A stretch of DNA of 19,283 nucleotides from Thecamonas trahens ATCC 50062 (taxonomy: Eukaryota; Protista; Apusomonadida), in the NCBI RefSeq assembly GCF_000142905.1, contig NW_013657640.1, forward strand, positions 145,395-164,677, given 5' to 3'. This document shows, piece by piece, positions 8,906 to 17,459 of the stretch. Below the pieces are notes generated by a model. That model saw nothing but the letters and a program-made list of their open reading frames with translations. It was not told the origin of the DNA and searched no databases. Each line of letters begins with the position of its first letter. The stretch's first letter is position 1. The position numbers were made by a program, and so were the translations under genes.

Positions 8906-11826
8906 ATGTCTGTTGCCATCCGCATCGAGCTGGATAAGCCGTCAGGATTTACCTCGGCGGTGAGGCCGTCCATGGTGTGGTGGTGGTGGACTGCTCAGCA
9001 CGTGCCGACGCTACGGCCTTCAAGAGCCTCGAGCTGGCGGTCCACTCGGCGGAGCATGTCGAGTGGCAGCGCCAGGAGATGCAGAAGGTTGCCATCGATC
9101 CGTTTGGCCATGGCCACAACCACAGTCATCATCATTCCCACCGCAGCCACAGCCACGGCCACGGCCACCACTCCCACTCTCGCAGCGACAGTGGCTACGG
9201 CGGCGACCGGTTTGTCATCACCCACTCGGGCGGGCAGACCCAGATGGTGATTGAGGATGGAGCAGCTTCGCATGGCTCGTCACACTACGGATCGACCGTC
9301 TGCGAGCCGGGCTACGAGATGCGCCAGGTGACCGTGACTGTCAGCGACTCGGCGCCGGTCGTCACCCTCCGCATCGCACTCGATGCCAAGGGCGGCTCAT
9401 TCGACTCACATGGCGTCTATCACTTTCCGTTTGCCTTTGCCCTTCCAGTCGATACCCAGGGCTCGCTGGAGGTGCCACAGGGCGGGACTGGGACGCCCAT
9501 CACCGGCTCGGTCCGCTACTGGCTCAAGGCCATGCTCACCCGCAAGGGTCTCAAGTTTAACGTAGGCTCGCCACAGCGCGACTTTGTTGTCGCACCGCTC
9601 TTCACCTCGGTTGTTGCCCGGCCCAAGGCGTTGCCTCGCAGCCGGTTGCCGGCGGTGGCGCCTACACTGCCACCCTCTCGCTTGATCGCAATGCTGCTGT
9701 CCCGGGCGAGACCGTTATGGCTCATCTCCACGTCGCCAACAACTCGCCCATGCCCATCTCCTCGGTCACCTTTCAGATTGTCCAGACCATCTCGGGAACA
9801 CGCCGCTCGCCGCCCGAGTCGGGCCAAAAGTCGCTGGTCATTTTCACCTCGTCGCGTCCAGGTGCACAGCCGTACACTCCCCTCACCATCGAGATCGGCA
9901 TCCCGCTGCCGCCGGCATTGTGGGCGACCGTCACCGGCCCGCTCCTCCGCAACGAATACGCCGTTGTCGCTGTCATCCATCCGGCGTCTGGGCCTGACGT
10001 CCATGCCGGTGTCGGCCTCTCGGTTCTCGCTCCGAACGCGCTTGACGGCGGCGCGCTTAAGGCTACCCCTTTGGCACTCCGCTCCGCCTCATCGCCGCCA
10101 AGGCACCGCCGTCAGTTGTCCTCGCTCCGCCACCGGGCGTCGACCCGCTGCCGCTCGACGGCACCGTCCTGCCAGAACGCAAAGTCGGCCTCAAGTCGTG
10201 GCACATGTACTTTATCGACGTTCCCGCCCTCACTCACGAGGCCCGCCTCGAAATCGTTCTTCGTGGAACGTCCAAGGCCACGCTGGCCCTTCGCCTTCGC
10301 AAAGCCTCGCAACCCTCTCATTTGACCTCGTACGACTTTGCCGGCACCAAGGCCGGCAAGCACGTCTACTCGATCGCCATCAACAAGAACAACGGCGTGC
10401 CGCTCCAGCAGGGCCGCTGGTTTGTTGGCGTCTGGGGTACAAACGTCTTCCCACCCTCCTCCAAATATGTTCTCTCCGCCACACTCACTGGTGCCGCTCC
10501 GCCGCCGCCGCCTGCTGCGCTTCCGGAGCGAAGGTCATCGCTAGAGTTGGAGTCTGGCGGCGCATCGTCGTCGGCTGCGCCGTCCACCTCACCGGTCGTT
10601 GCCGACGAAACGCCGCCCCTCCCGCCGTTATCCGGGAATCCGAGAAGTCTGCTACCGCCTCAGCTTCAGCACCGCCGCCGCCGTCGTTTCACGATCCCAA
10701 CTATGCCTCACTCGCGTCGGTGGCTTTGGCGGGATCTGCGTACGCTGCGCCGCCTCCAGAGCCCGGAGCAGGCTCGGCAAGTAGTGTCGAGTCGTCGGCG
10801 GCCGATGGTGCCGGAGTTGCCGACGGCGCCGACGACAACAGCTCGTACAGCATTGCGGCCAGCGAGCTGCAGCGCGGCGAGTTGGTCGGATCAGGCGCGT
10901 TTGGAGTGGTCCATCGCGGTACCTGGCGCGGCGGCGACGTGGCCATCAAGACCATCAAGGTCGATTCGTTGGCTTCCGACGCCGTGGCAGAGTTCAAGGC
11001 CGAGGCCAAGCTCATGCGCCTCCTCCCACCACACCCCAATGTTGTCCAGTTTCTCGGGGTGTGCAAGGCCGGCGAGAACGAGCTCTGCATCGTCTCTTCG
11101 TTTGTGCCTGGCGGCACCCTCCTCGCTCTCCTCCATCCAACCTCGGGCTTTGTGTGGAACGTCGAGAAGAAGCTTGGCGTGGCAGTCGGCATTGCCGCCG
11201 GCCTCCTGCATCTCTCAGCCGAGTCGATTGTCCACCGCGATCTTGCCGCCCGCAACATCCTTGTCTCGGTCGGCGGCCATGGCCCGGCAGCCACAGTCAC
11301 GCCACTCCTCACCGACTTTGGCATGAGCCGCGACGCGTCAGGCGCCGGCGACAACTACACCGCGTCCGTTGTCGGCCCGGTCAAGTGGATGGCGGTCGAG
11401 GCCATCACACATCGCAAGTACTCGGCCAAGTCGGACGTCTGGTCGTTCGGCGTGCTTCTCTTTGAGATCTTCACCCAAACTGAGCCGTACGCCGGCCTCA
11501 CTCCGCTGCAGGTTGCAGCCGGTGTCTCCAGTGGCTCACTCACCCTCGACCTCGATGGCCACGCAGCTGACATCCCTCCGCCCGTCGTTGATCTCATTCA
11601 AGCCTGTATGGCCCACGAGCCCGAAGACCGACCCTCAGTTCGTGACCTGTTCCGCACCGTCTCGCACCTCCGCACTCAACTCAGCCCAACGCCCAGGCCT
11701 ATCAGCTATGCCACTGTCAACCCGTTTGCCCCATCGTCGTCGGCGTCGTCGTCCCCGGCCGCAACCCCGACACAGACCGCAACCTCAGGCCCGGCCTTTG
11801 CCTACTCGGAGAATCTGGGTGGATAA
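8906..11826 (+). CDS. Arrestin-fold (N+C) / beta-sandwich / TKL protein kinase multidomain gene, reading frame broken in four places (possible pseudogene or assembly indels)
   Basis: ATG at 8906 opens MSVAIRIELDKP (arrestin-N-like start) in frame 2. From 8938 frame 1 continues arrestin-N: VRIYLGGEAVHGVVVVDCS...GVYHFPFAFALPVDTQGSLEV...GSVRYWLKAMLTRKGLKFNVGSPQRDFVVAPLF. An arrestin-C domain sits in frame 3 at about 9640-10060: GGGAYTATLSLDRNAAVPGETVMAHLHVANNSPMPISSVTFQIVQTI...LLRNEYAVVAVIHP. A beta-sandwich (PPC/P-domain-like) domain sits in frame 2 at 10061 to about 10560: LPLDGTVLPERKVGLKSWHMYFIDVPALTHEARLEIVLRG...GKHVYSIAI...GRWFVGVWGT...YVLSATL. The kinase is back in frame 1 at about 10864-11685: GSGAFGVV, VAIKTIK, HRDLAARN, DFG, PVKWMAVE. 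Stop is TAA at 11824-11826. The listed 949-aa ORF at 8977..11826 stays open only because frame 1 has no stop; its middle 350 codons are an R/S/P-rich off-frame translation. Confidence 0.6.
10864..11685 (+). other. Protein kinase catalytic domain (tyrosine-kinase-like, TKL) of the arrestin-kinase gene
   Basis: Gly loop LVGSGAFGVVHRG, VAIK lysine, HRDLAARN catalytic loop, DFG and PVKWMAVE (APE-like) are all present. The domain appears catalytically competent. Confidence 0.85.
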
Positions 11827-12046
11827 TAATGCCATTCAGGAGGTTAGTGCGATGCCAGCCGATGCCAGCAGCAACCAGAGGGCGACTGGCGTCGTAGTTT
11901 CCCCCGGAAAGGCACCTGACGCAAACCCGGCGTGAGGAGCGGTGGCCGCGATGAGCGGCGGCGGTCAGAGATAAACAAGACAACACGATGAGAGTGGCAG
12001 TTGGGGATCGTTTGTGTGGAGGAGCGAGAGGCAAAGGTTGATTGGA

Positions 12047-13249
12047 TTAGCCGGTAAACGCGAGAGCAATGTTGACGCCAGAGAGGACGCCAGCGTTGAG
12101 GAGGAAGCTCATCTGGATGCCACCGTTCTCCTTCTCGTACGGCTCGAGCTCGTCGGGCCCATACATCATCGCCAGCGTGCCACAGTAGCCGTTGGAGAGG
12201 GCAAAGAAGGCCATGAAAAGAAACGGGTAGCCGGCCCAGCTGGTAAAGTACGGCTCGGTAAAGGTGCCGGCAGCGAGGAGGAAGAGCGGGACAAAGGCGA
12301 GGCGGCAGAGGATGGGGATGAGCAGGGTCCGTGGCGAGAAGAGGCGGATGAAGCGCGGCGAAGTGCGGCCGATATAGTCAAAGAGCATAAACTCGGAAGT
12401 GAGGAGGACCTGGTACCAACCCGAACTGAGAAAGTTGGGGTCCTTGGGCTTGATCTGCGAGGTGACGCCCGGGAACATGGAGAGGGTGACGACAAAGACA
12501 ATGTAAACGCCGAGTCCCTCCTTCCAGAGCTTGGAGAAGACTTCGACGACGGACGGGTCTGTGCGGCAGACGATGACACCGTCCGAGTAGACGTCTAGCT
12601 GCGGGCGAGGGCTCAGTGCCTGAGAGTCGGCGGTAGTGACGTCTGTGGCATCCAGCGCAGGCGGCTGCGACTGGGCCACGATGTGGTACTTGACAAACGG
12701 GTGGCGGAGCATGGCAAAGTACAGGGTGATGCAGACAGCCAGGACAAGACCGGCGAGTGAAAAATAGATAAACGTCGACTCGCGCAGGCCCTTCTCGGTG
12801 TTGGGCAGCGAGGCCTTGGTGACGATACGGAGGGCAGCGGCGACGATTCCGGAGAGGCCGATGCCCGACATGGCGGCGGTGATGTACGACGAGGGGAAGA
12901 GCGAGGCAAATCCCAAGACGGTGCCAAAGACCACTCCGGTGCAGACACCCGTGATAAAGACAGCGAAGAGAGTGAGCCAGAGCTCGACGTCGTAGGAGAG
13001 GCCGAGCAGCGAGAGGCAGGGTGTGACGACGAGCATGACTAGCGAGATGGAGTACGTGGCGGCGATACGAGTCGAGACCGACCATGAGGCGGCGTAACGG
13101 ACCGAGACAAACAGCATGATGAGCGAGGGATAGTTGAAGGCGCACGAGATGCGGAACTCGATGTTGTTGCCGAATCGCTCCGAGAAGTAGTCAAAGGCCG
13201 AGATGAACGAGTTCCAGGCCATCAGCACGCCCGTACCCAGAATGACCAT
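12047..13249 (-). CDS. Equilibrative nucleoside transporter (ENT/SLC29 family)
   Basis: The 404-aa ORF contains ENT hallmarks: GTGVLMAWNSFISAFDYF (the TM1 PWN region), SGIGLSG, the MFPGV...TSEFMLFDYIGR segment, LAFVPLFLL, and FALSNGY near the C-terminus. It has multiple hydrophobic TM segments and a central hydrophilic loop. Stop is TAA at 12049-12047. The codon at 13261 is GTG with an in-frame TAG three codons upstream. The first ATG is at 13249-13247 (MVILGTG..), so the 5' end is uncertain. Confidence 0.85.
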   Translation of the reverse strand: MVILGTGVLMAWNSFISAFDYFSERFGNNIEFRISCAFNYPSLIMLFVSVRYAASWSVSTRIAATYSISLVMLVVTPCLSLLGLSYDVELWLTLFAVFITGVCTGVVFGTVLGFASLFPSSYITAAMSGIGLSGIVAAALRIVTKASLPNTEKGLRESTFIYFSLAGLVLAVCITLYFAMLRHPFVKYHIVAQSQPPALDATDVTTADSQALSPRPQLDVYSDGVIVCRTDPSVVEVFSKLWKEGLGVYIVFVVTLSMFPGVTSQIKPKDPNFLSSGWYQVLLTSEFMLFDYIGRTSPRFIRLFSPRTLLIPILCRLAFVPLFLLAAGTFTEPYFTSWAGYPFLFMAFFALSNGYCGTLAMMYGPDELEPYEKENGGIQMSFLLNAGVLSGVNIALAFTG

Positions 13250-13261
13250 CGCCAGCCACAC

Positions 13262-13480
13262 CAGATGGTACTACCCTCCTCCATCCGTCCGCCCGTCCGT
13301 TCCATCCGTCCGTCATCCATCCCTCACCAGCCCATGAGTCCCATCCCTCCCCTCCCCTGACCCCCTTCCCCAGGTCACATGGCCGTCACTGCGGGCGTGG
13401 ATGCTACGTCGCCGCTTCCCCTCCCCCTTCCCCCTCCCCTCCCCTCCCCTCCCCTCCCCTCCATCTCCCGCATCCCCTTA
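13262..13480. repeat. C-rich (ccatccgtcc)n and (cccctc)n tracts upstream of the nucleoside transporter
   Basis: ccatccgtccgcccgtccgttccatccgtccgtcatccatccc is followed by cccctcccctcccctcccctcccctcc at 13420-13460. A G11 run lies on the + strand at 13695-13705, further along the same divergent spacer. Confidence 0.65.
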
Positions 13481-14059
13481 CCTTGTCACGTGGCGCCTTG
13501 CGCAAAAGGGGCTGGCCAGCCTTTCCGTCCTCCTCGCCATGGAGGCGCTCATACGACTTGCCCATGTGGCCGTGGCAACGGAGAGGTGGGGCAAAGGGAG
13601 GTACGGCTGGTGATGGCACCGCTTTCGCCAGAGCCATTGCCGATGGACGACCAGCCGGTGAAAGGCGGCCAGTGGCAGGGGAGGGGGAGGGGAAGGGGGG
13701 GGGGGAGGAAGGCAGTTGCTGTGTGATGGATGATGAATGGTATGATCGACGGGGAGAGTGGCATCATACAGATGCTGTCGATGTCGATGATCGTCTCTGG
13801 GGACTCATCGCACCATGCACACCCCCGGGATGGAATAATCATCGGTGGGGGTGCTGGACATGTGATGATCGTTCCATGTGCAGGCTCTGGGACGTGTGTT
13901 GATCGACCACCGGGGGAGGGTGATGGCTGTGGTTGAGCCGCGTGTGGCGGGAAGGCCGTGCACTCTCGTCGCCGGCGGGGCGGGCCTTGGCCGGGTGCCA
14001 TTGGGCCAGCCACCTGACTCGGACTCGGCGGTAGCAGGGCGGGCCTGGGCGGGGCGGGC

Positions 14060-15397
14060 ATGGACGAGCTTGATTCGAGTGCCACCGACAATGACGAGGT
14101 GAGGCTGCTGGCCGGGGACTGGGGACTGCTAGACGGTGACTCGAGTAGTGGCGGTGTGCATGGCGAGGCCGACGTGGCGAGGAAGCCGCCGCCGCCTCTG
14201 GACTCGCCGCCGCCTGCTGCCCAACCATCGCCTGATGCCCGGCCGCCACCACCTCCGGACTCACCGCCGCCTGATGCCCAATCATCGCCTGATGCCCGGC
14301 CGCCACCACCTCCGGACTCGCCGCCACCTGCTGTCCAACCATCGCCGCCTCCGGACTCACCGCCGCCTAATGCCCGGCCGCCACCTCCTCCGGACTCGCC
14401 GCCGCCTGATGCCCAATCATCGCCTGATGCCCGGCCGCCACCTCCTCCGGACTCGCCGCCACCTGCTGTCCAACCATCGCCGCCTCCGAACTCACCGCCG
14501 CCTAATGCCCGGCCGCCACCTCCTCCGGACTCGCCGCCGCCTGATGCCCAATCATCGCCTGATGCCCGGCCGCCACCTCCTCCGGACTCACCGCCGCCTG
14601 CTGTCCAACCATCGCCGCCTCCGGACTCACCGCCGCCTGATGCCCGGCCGCCACCTCCTCCGGACTCGCCGCCGCCTGTTGCCCAATCATCGTCGCCTCC
14701 GGACTCGCCGCCGCCTGATGCCCAATCATCGCCTGATGCCCGGCCGCCACCTCCTCCGGACTCGCCGCCACCTGCTGTCCAACCATCGCCGCCTCCGAAC
14801 TCGCCGCCGTCTGATGCCCGGCCGCCACCTCCTCCGGACTCGCCGCCACCTGCTGTCCAACCATCGCCGCCTCCGGACTCACCGCCGCCTAATGCCCGGC
14901 CGCCACCTCCTCCGGACTCGCCGCCGCCTGATGCCCAATCATCGCCTGATGCCCGGCCGCCACCTCCTCCGGACTCGCCGCCACCTGCTGTCCAACCATC
15001 GCCGCCTCCGAACTCGCCGCCGTCTGATGCCCGGCCGCCACCACCTTCGGACTCGCCGCCGCCTGCTGCCCAACCATCGCCTGATGCCCGGTCGCCACCT
15101 CCTCCGGACTCACCGCCGCCTGCTGTCCAACCATCGCCGCCTCCGGACTCACCGCCGCCTGATGCCCGGCCGCCACCTCCTCCGGACTCGCCGCCGCCTG
15201 TTGCCCAATCATCGTCGCCTCCGGACTCGCCGCCGCCTGATGCCCAATCATCGCCTGATGCCCGGCCGCCACCTCCTCCGGACTCGCCGCCACCTGCTGT
15301 CCAACCATCGCCGCCTCCGAACTCGCCGCCGTCTGATGCCCGGCCGCCACCACCTCCGGACTCGCCGCCGCCTGCTGAACTCACCGCCGCCTGATGC
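14060..15397 (+). CDS. Proline-rich tandem-repeat protein, N-terminal part (frame 2) ending at a TGA created by a 20-nt deletion in one repeat unit
   Basis: ATG at 14060 opens MDELDSSATDNDEVRLLAGDWGLLDGDSSSGGVHGEADVARK. Repeat units follow: DAQSSP / DARPPPPPDSPPP / AVQPSPPPDSPPP / NARPPPPPDSPPP. Frame 2 ends ..SPPPAELTAA* at 15395-15397. There, gctg|aactcaccgcc lacks the canonical tccaaccatcgccgcctccg. Confidence 0.55.
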
Positions 15398-15672
15398 CCG
15401 GCCGCCACCTCCTCCGGACTCGCCGCCACCTGCTGTCCAACCATCGCCGCCTCCGAACTCACCGCCGCCTGTTGAACAAGCATCGCCGCCTCCGAACTCG
15501 CCGCCGCCTGATGCCCGGCCGCCACCACCTCCGGACTCGCCGCCGCCTGTTGCCCAACCATCGCCTGATGCCCGGCCGATACCACCTCCGGACTCACCGC
15601 CGCCTGTTGCCCAATCATCGCCTGATGCCCGGCTGCCAATGCCCGGCTGCCACCTCCTCCGGACTCGCCGCC
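14184..15672 (+). repeat. Coding tandem repeat with higher-order structure: 39/18-nt subunits forming 135-nt units, with nested duplications up to about 520 nt
   Basis: The gatgcccaatcatcgcct landmark recurs at 14273, 14408 and 14543 (135-nt spacing). It then recurs at 14718, 14930 and 15239. The gttgcccaatcatcgtcgcct variant recurs at about 14680 and 15200, a spacing near 520 nt. On the + strand the units translate as PPPPDSPPP-type repeats; the minus strand gives GGGESGGG. Confidence 0.85.
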
Positions 15673-17449
15673 GCCTGCTGCCGCTGCCCGCCTGTACAAA
15701 ATTGTGGCTGAAGAGGTCACCCAAGAACTCGCTGACGCCACCATTGACGCTGTCACTACCGAATTGTCCCACAACATCACCCGCGATGTGCTGCTCGTCG
15801 CTGACGCCTCTTCAGTCGTCGAAGATCTTGTCACCGACGCTGCCGCCGCTGTGGCTGCCGCCGTCCATTCTTCGGCCGTCAACGAGGCCAACGCGGCCGC
15901 TGAGATTGTGGACAATGTGATTACAGATGGAGTCGCTGTATTGCTCTCCATGCTTGCTGCAGAAGCTGTATCTGAACACGCTGCCGCTCTGGACGCCGCT
16001 CTGGACACCGTTATTGCTGACCTTGCTGCAGACGTCATCGATCATGATAGTTCACTCGTCGCCGCCGCTGCCCTTGACCACGCTCGCGATGTCGACGCCG
16101 CCAGCCATGGACTCGCTGATGAGATCTTTGATGCTGCGGTGACGACTGCACTTCTTGCCAGCGCTGAGCACGCGCTGGACGTTGATCTTGCCGGGCGCGA
16201 GGTTGTTGACGAGCTCGTCGATGGCGTCTGTGCCATTGTCGCTGACGCCGCCCTGCACCACGAGCGCCTTATCGAGGCCGCATTCGCCGAGCTCGTGGAG
16301 CAGCTTACTGATGATCTCGGCCTTGAGGCGGGAATGGAGGCCTGGGATGAGCTAGTCTTTGAAGACGCCGTTGACTGCTGTGTATCGGAGCTCACGGATG
16401 ACTTTTCGGCCTTCCTCGCCTTTGACACCTACATCATGCAGGAGGCCATTGAGGCCGGGACCCAGGAGTGCTATGCCGAGTATGTGGGCGAGGTCACTGC
16501 CTTCTGTGCAGCTGACATTCTGCTTTACGAGCGCGCTCTTCATGCCGCGCTGGTTGAAGAGCTGCAGCTGTGGACCGACGATCTTGCGCTCGAGGTGGCG
16601 TCGGACGTTGTCACCGACGCACTCATTGTGGCCATGCCGCTGATGGAGCCACAGCTTCCGCGGACCACGCACTATACCCCAGCTATCCAGGCTCAGCTGG
16701 CGGCATTTGCCGAGTGGACCGGCGCCGTCCGCGCCCTTCTCCCCAAGATCGATGCTGGTCTCGACGCCGAGCTCGCGGTTGCTGCCGCCTGGCCACCACC
16801 GCCAGAGCTACACCTCGCGCACGATGGCATTGCCCTCGTTGGTCCTGCGCCCGACGAGCCTGGCGACCTCGCGCTGGTTGTGCTCACCGAGCCCGAGCCC
16901 GCCACGCTCGCCGCCGCCGCGCCTCTTGCGCTCGCCTGCATCCCGCGACTTGCCCGCTCAGGCGTTGTCCCTCCACGCTGCTCCATCGTTGCGCACGTTT
17001 CTATCTCTGCTGCATCTGCTGCGCTTCACTACGCGCTGCAGCCGTCGGTCCGCGCCGCCTGCGCCGCCCTCTCCGACGCACTCGAGCACGAGCCGTACGA
17101 TGTTGCTCGCGCTGCCGACGCCCTCGAACTGCCACAGCTCTACGTTTTGGCTATGGCCTTTACGTACAACACCCTTGACTCACTGGCGTCGATGCTCGAC
17201 GAGCTCGGTACCTCGTTTATGATGCGCCTCTCGCCGCGAGCATGGCGCAAAGTCGACCGCGCGCTTGCGGGCAAGCCTCGGGACACGCCTTCGCTGCCGG
17301 CGCAAAAGACAGTCATGGACCTGCTCTGGTTCCTTCGCACGACTGCGTTGGTGCCAATCCGCCTCAACTACCAGTCTGCAGCCTCGCGCTGGCGCATCGA
17401 GTACGCACGCGCGGCCGTGGCAGCGCCTGGTGCATCGGCTCCGCTGTAA
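15626..17449 (+). CDS. C-terminal part of the same gene: final repeat units plus an acidic A/D/E/L-rich helical domain of unknown family (frame 2)
   Basis: Frame 2 reopens at 15626: ..NARLPPPPDSPPPAAAARLYKIVAEEVTQELADATIDAV... It runs 600 codons to TAA at 17447-17449. The domain has a complex protein-like composition (FLAFDTYIMQEAIEAGTQECYAEYVGEVTAFCAADILLYERALHAALVEELQLW...). Between 15398 and 15625 the repeat is readable only in frame 3. I recognise no conserved domain. Confidence 0.55.
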   Translation, partial: CPAANARLPPPPDSPPPAAAARLYKIVAEEVTQELADATIDAVTTELSHNITRDVLLVADASSVVEDLVTDAAAAVAAAVHSSAVNEANAAAEIVDNVITDGVAVLLSMLAAEAVSEHAAALDAALDTVIADLAADVIDHDSSLVAAAALDHARDVDAASHGLADEIFDAAVTTALLASAEHALDVDLAGREVVDELVDGVCAIVADAALHHERLIEAAFAELVEQLTDDLGLEAGMEAWDELVFEDAVDCCVSELTDDFSAFLAFDTYIMQEAIEAGTQECYAEYVGEVTAFCAADILLYERALHAALVEELQLWTDDLALEVASDVVTDALIVAMPLMEPQLPRTTHYTPAIQAQLAAFAEWTGAVRALLPKIDAGLDAELAVAAAWPPPPELHLAHDGIALVGPAPDEPGDLALVVLTEPEPATLAAAAPLALACIPRLARSGVVPPRCSIVAHVSISAASAALHYALQPSVRAACAALSDALEHEPYDVARAADALELPQLYVLAMAFTYNTLDSLASMLDELGTSFMMRLSPRAWRKVDRALAGKPRDTPSLPAQKTVMDLLWFLRTTALVPIRLNYQSAASRWRIEYARAAVAAPGASAPL

Positions 17450-17459
17450 CACCTCGGCG

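Noticed and set aside
8135-8963. P-rich ORFs 8135..8800 and 8343..8963 in the MVP / arrestin-kinase spacer
   Set aside because: These are direct translations of poly-C/CT tracts (PPPPLP...) with no start context or domain. They are spacer low complexity.
8930-10630. Tiny introns as the explanation for the four frame switches in the arrestin-kinase gene
   Set aside because: The windows containing the switches are only 10-60 nt wide and lack GT..AG pairs at compatible phases. The one confirmed intron in this window is 266 nt.
8977-10860. Treating the listed 949-aa ORF (8977..11826) as one intact CDS
   Set aside because: Codons about 210-620 of that frame are R/S/P-rich nonsense. Clean arrestin-C and beta-sandwich domains read in the other two frames over the same DNA. 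Only the N-terminal arrestin-N part and the C-terminal kinase are genuinely in frame 1.
13262-13340. A mini first exon ATGGGCTG|gtgagg upstream of the ENT gene
   Set aside because: The donor is attractive, but no acceptor near 13262-13275 joins it in frame to YHLVWLAM.
14184-15672. The tandem repeat read as a CRISPR array, satellite or transposon
   Set aside because: The repeats are direct and contiguous with no unique spacers. They encode a coherent P-rich peptide repeat inside a eukaryotic gene.
13549-16038. 829-aa glycine-rich ORF on the minus strand across the tandem repeat
   Set aside because: Its flanking parts are S/A/T low-complexity antisense of a clearly protein-like + strand domain. 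The + strand has a real ATG and a complex N-terminus, and it continues in frame into the 15626-17449 domain. The open minus frame is a by-product of repeat composition.
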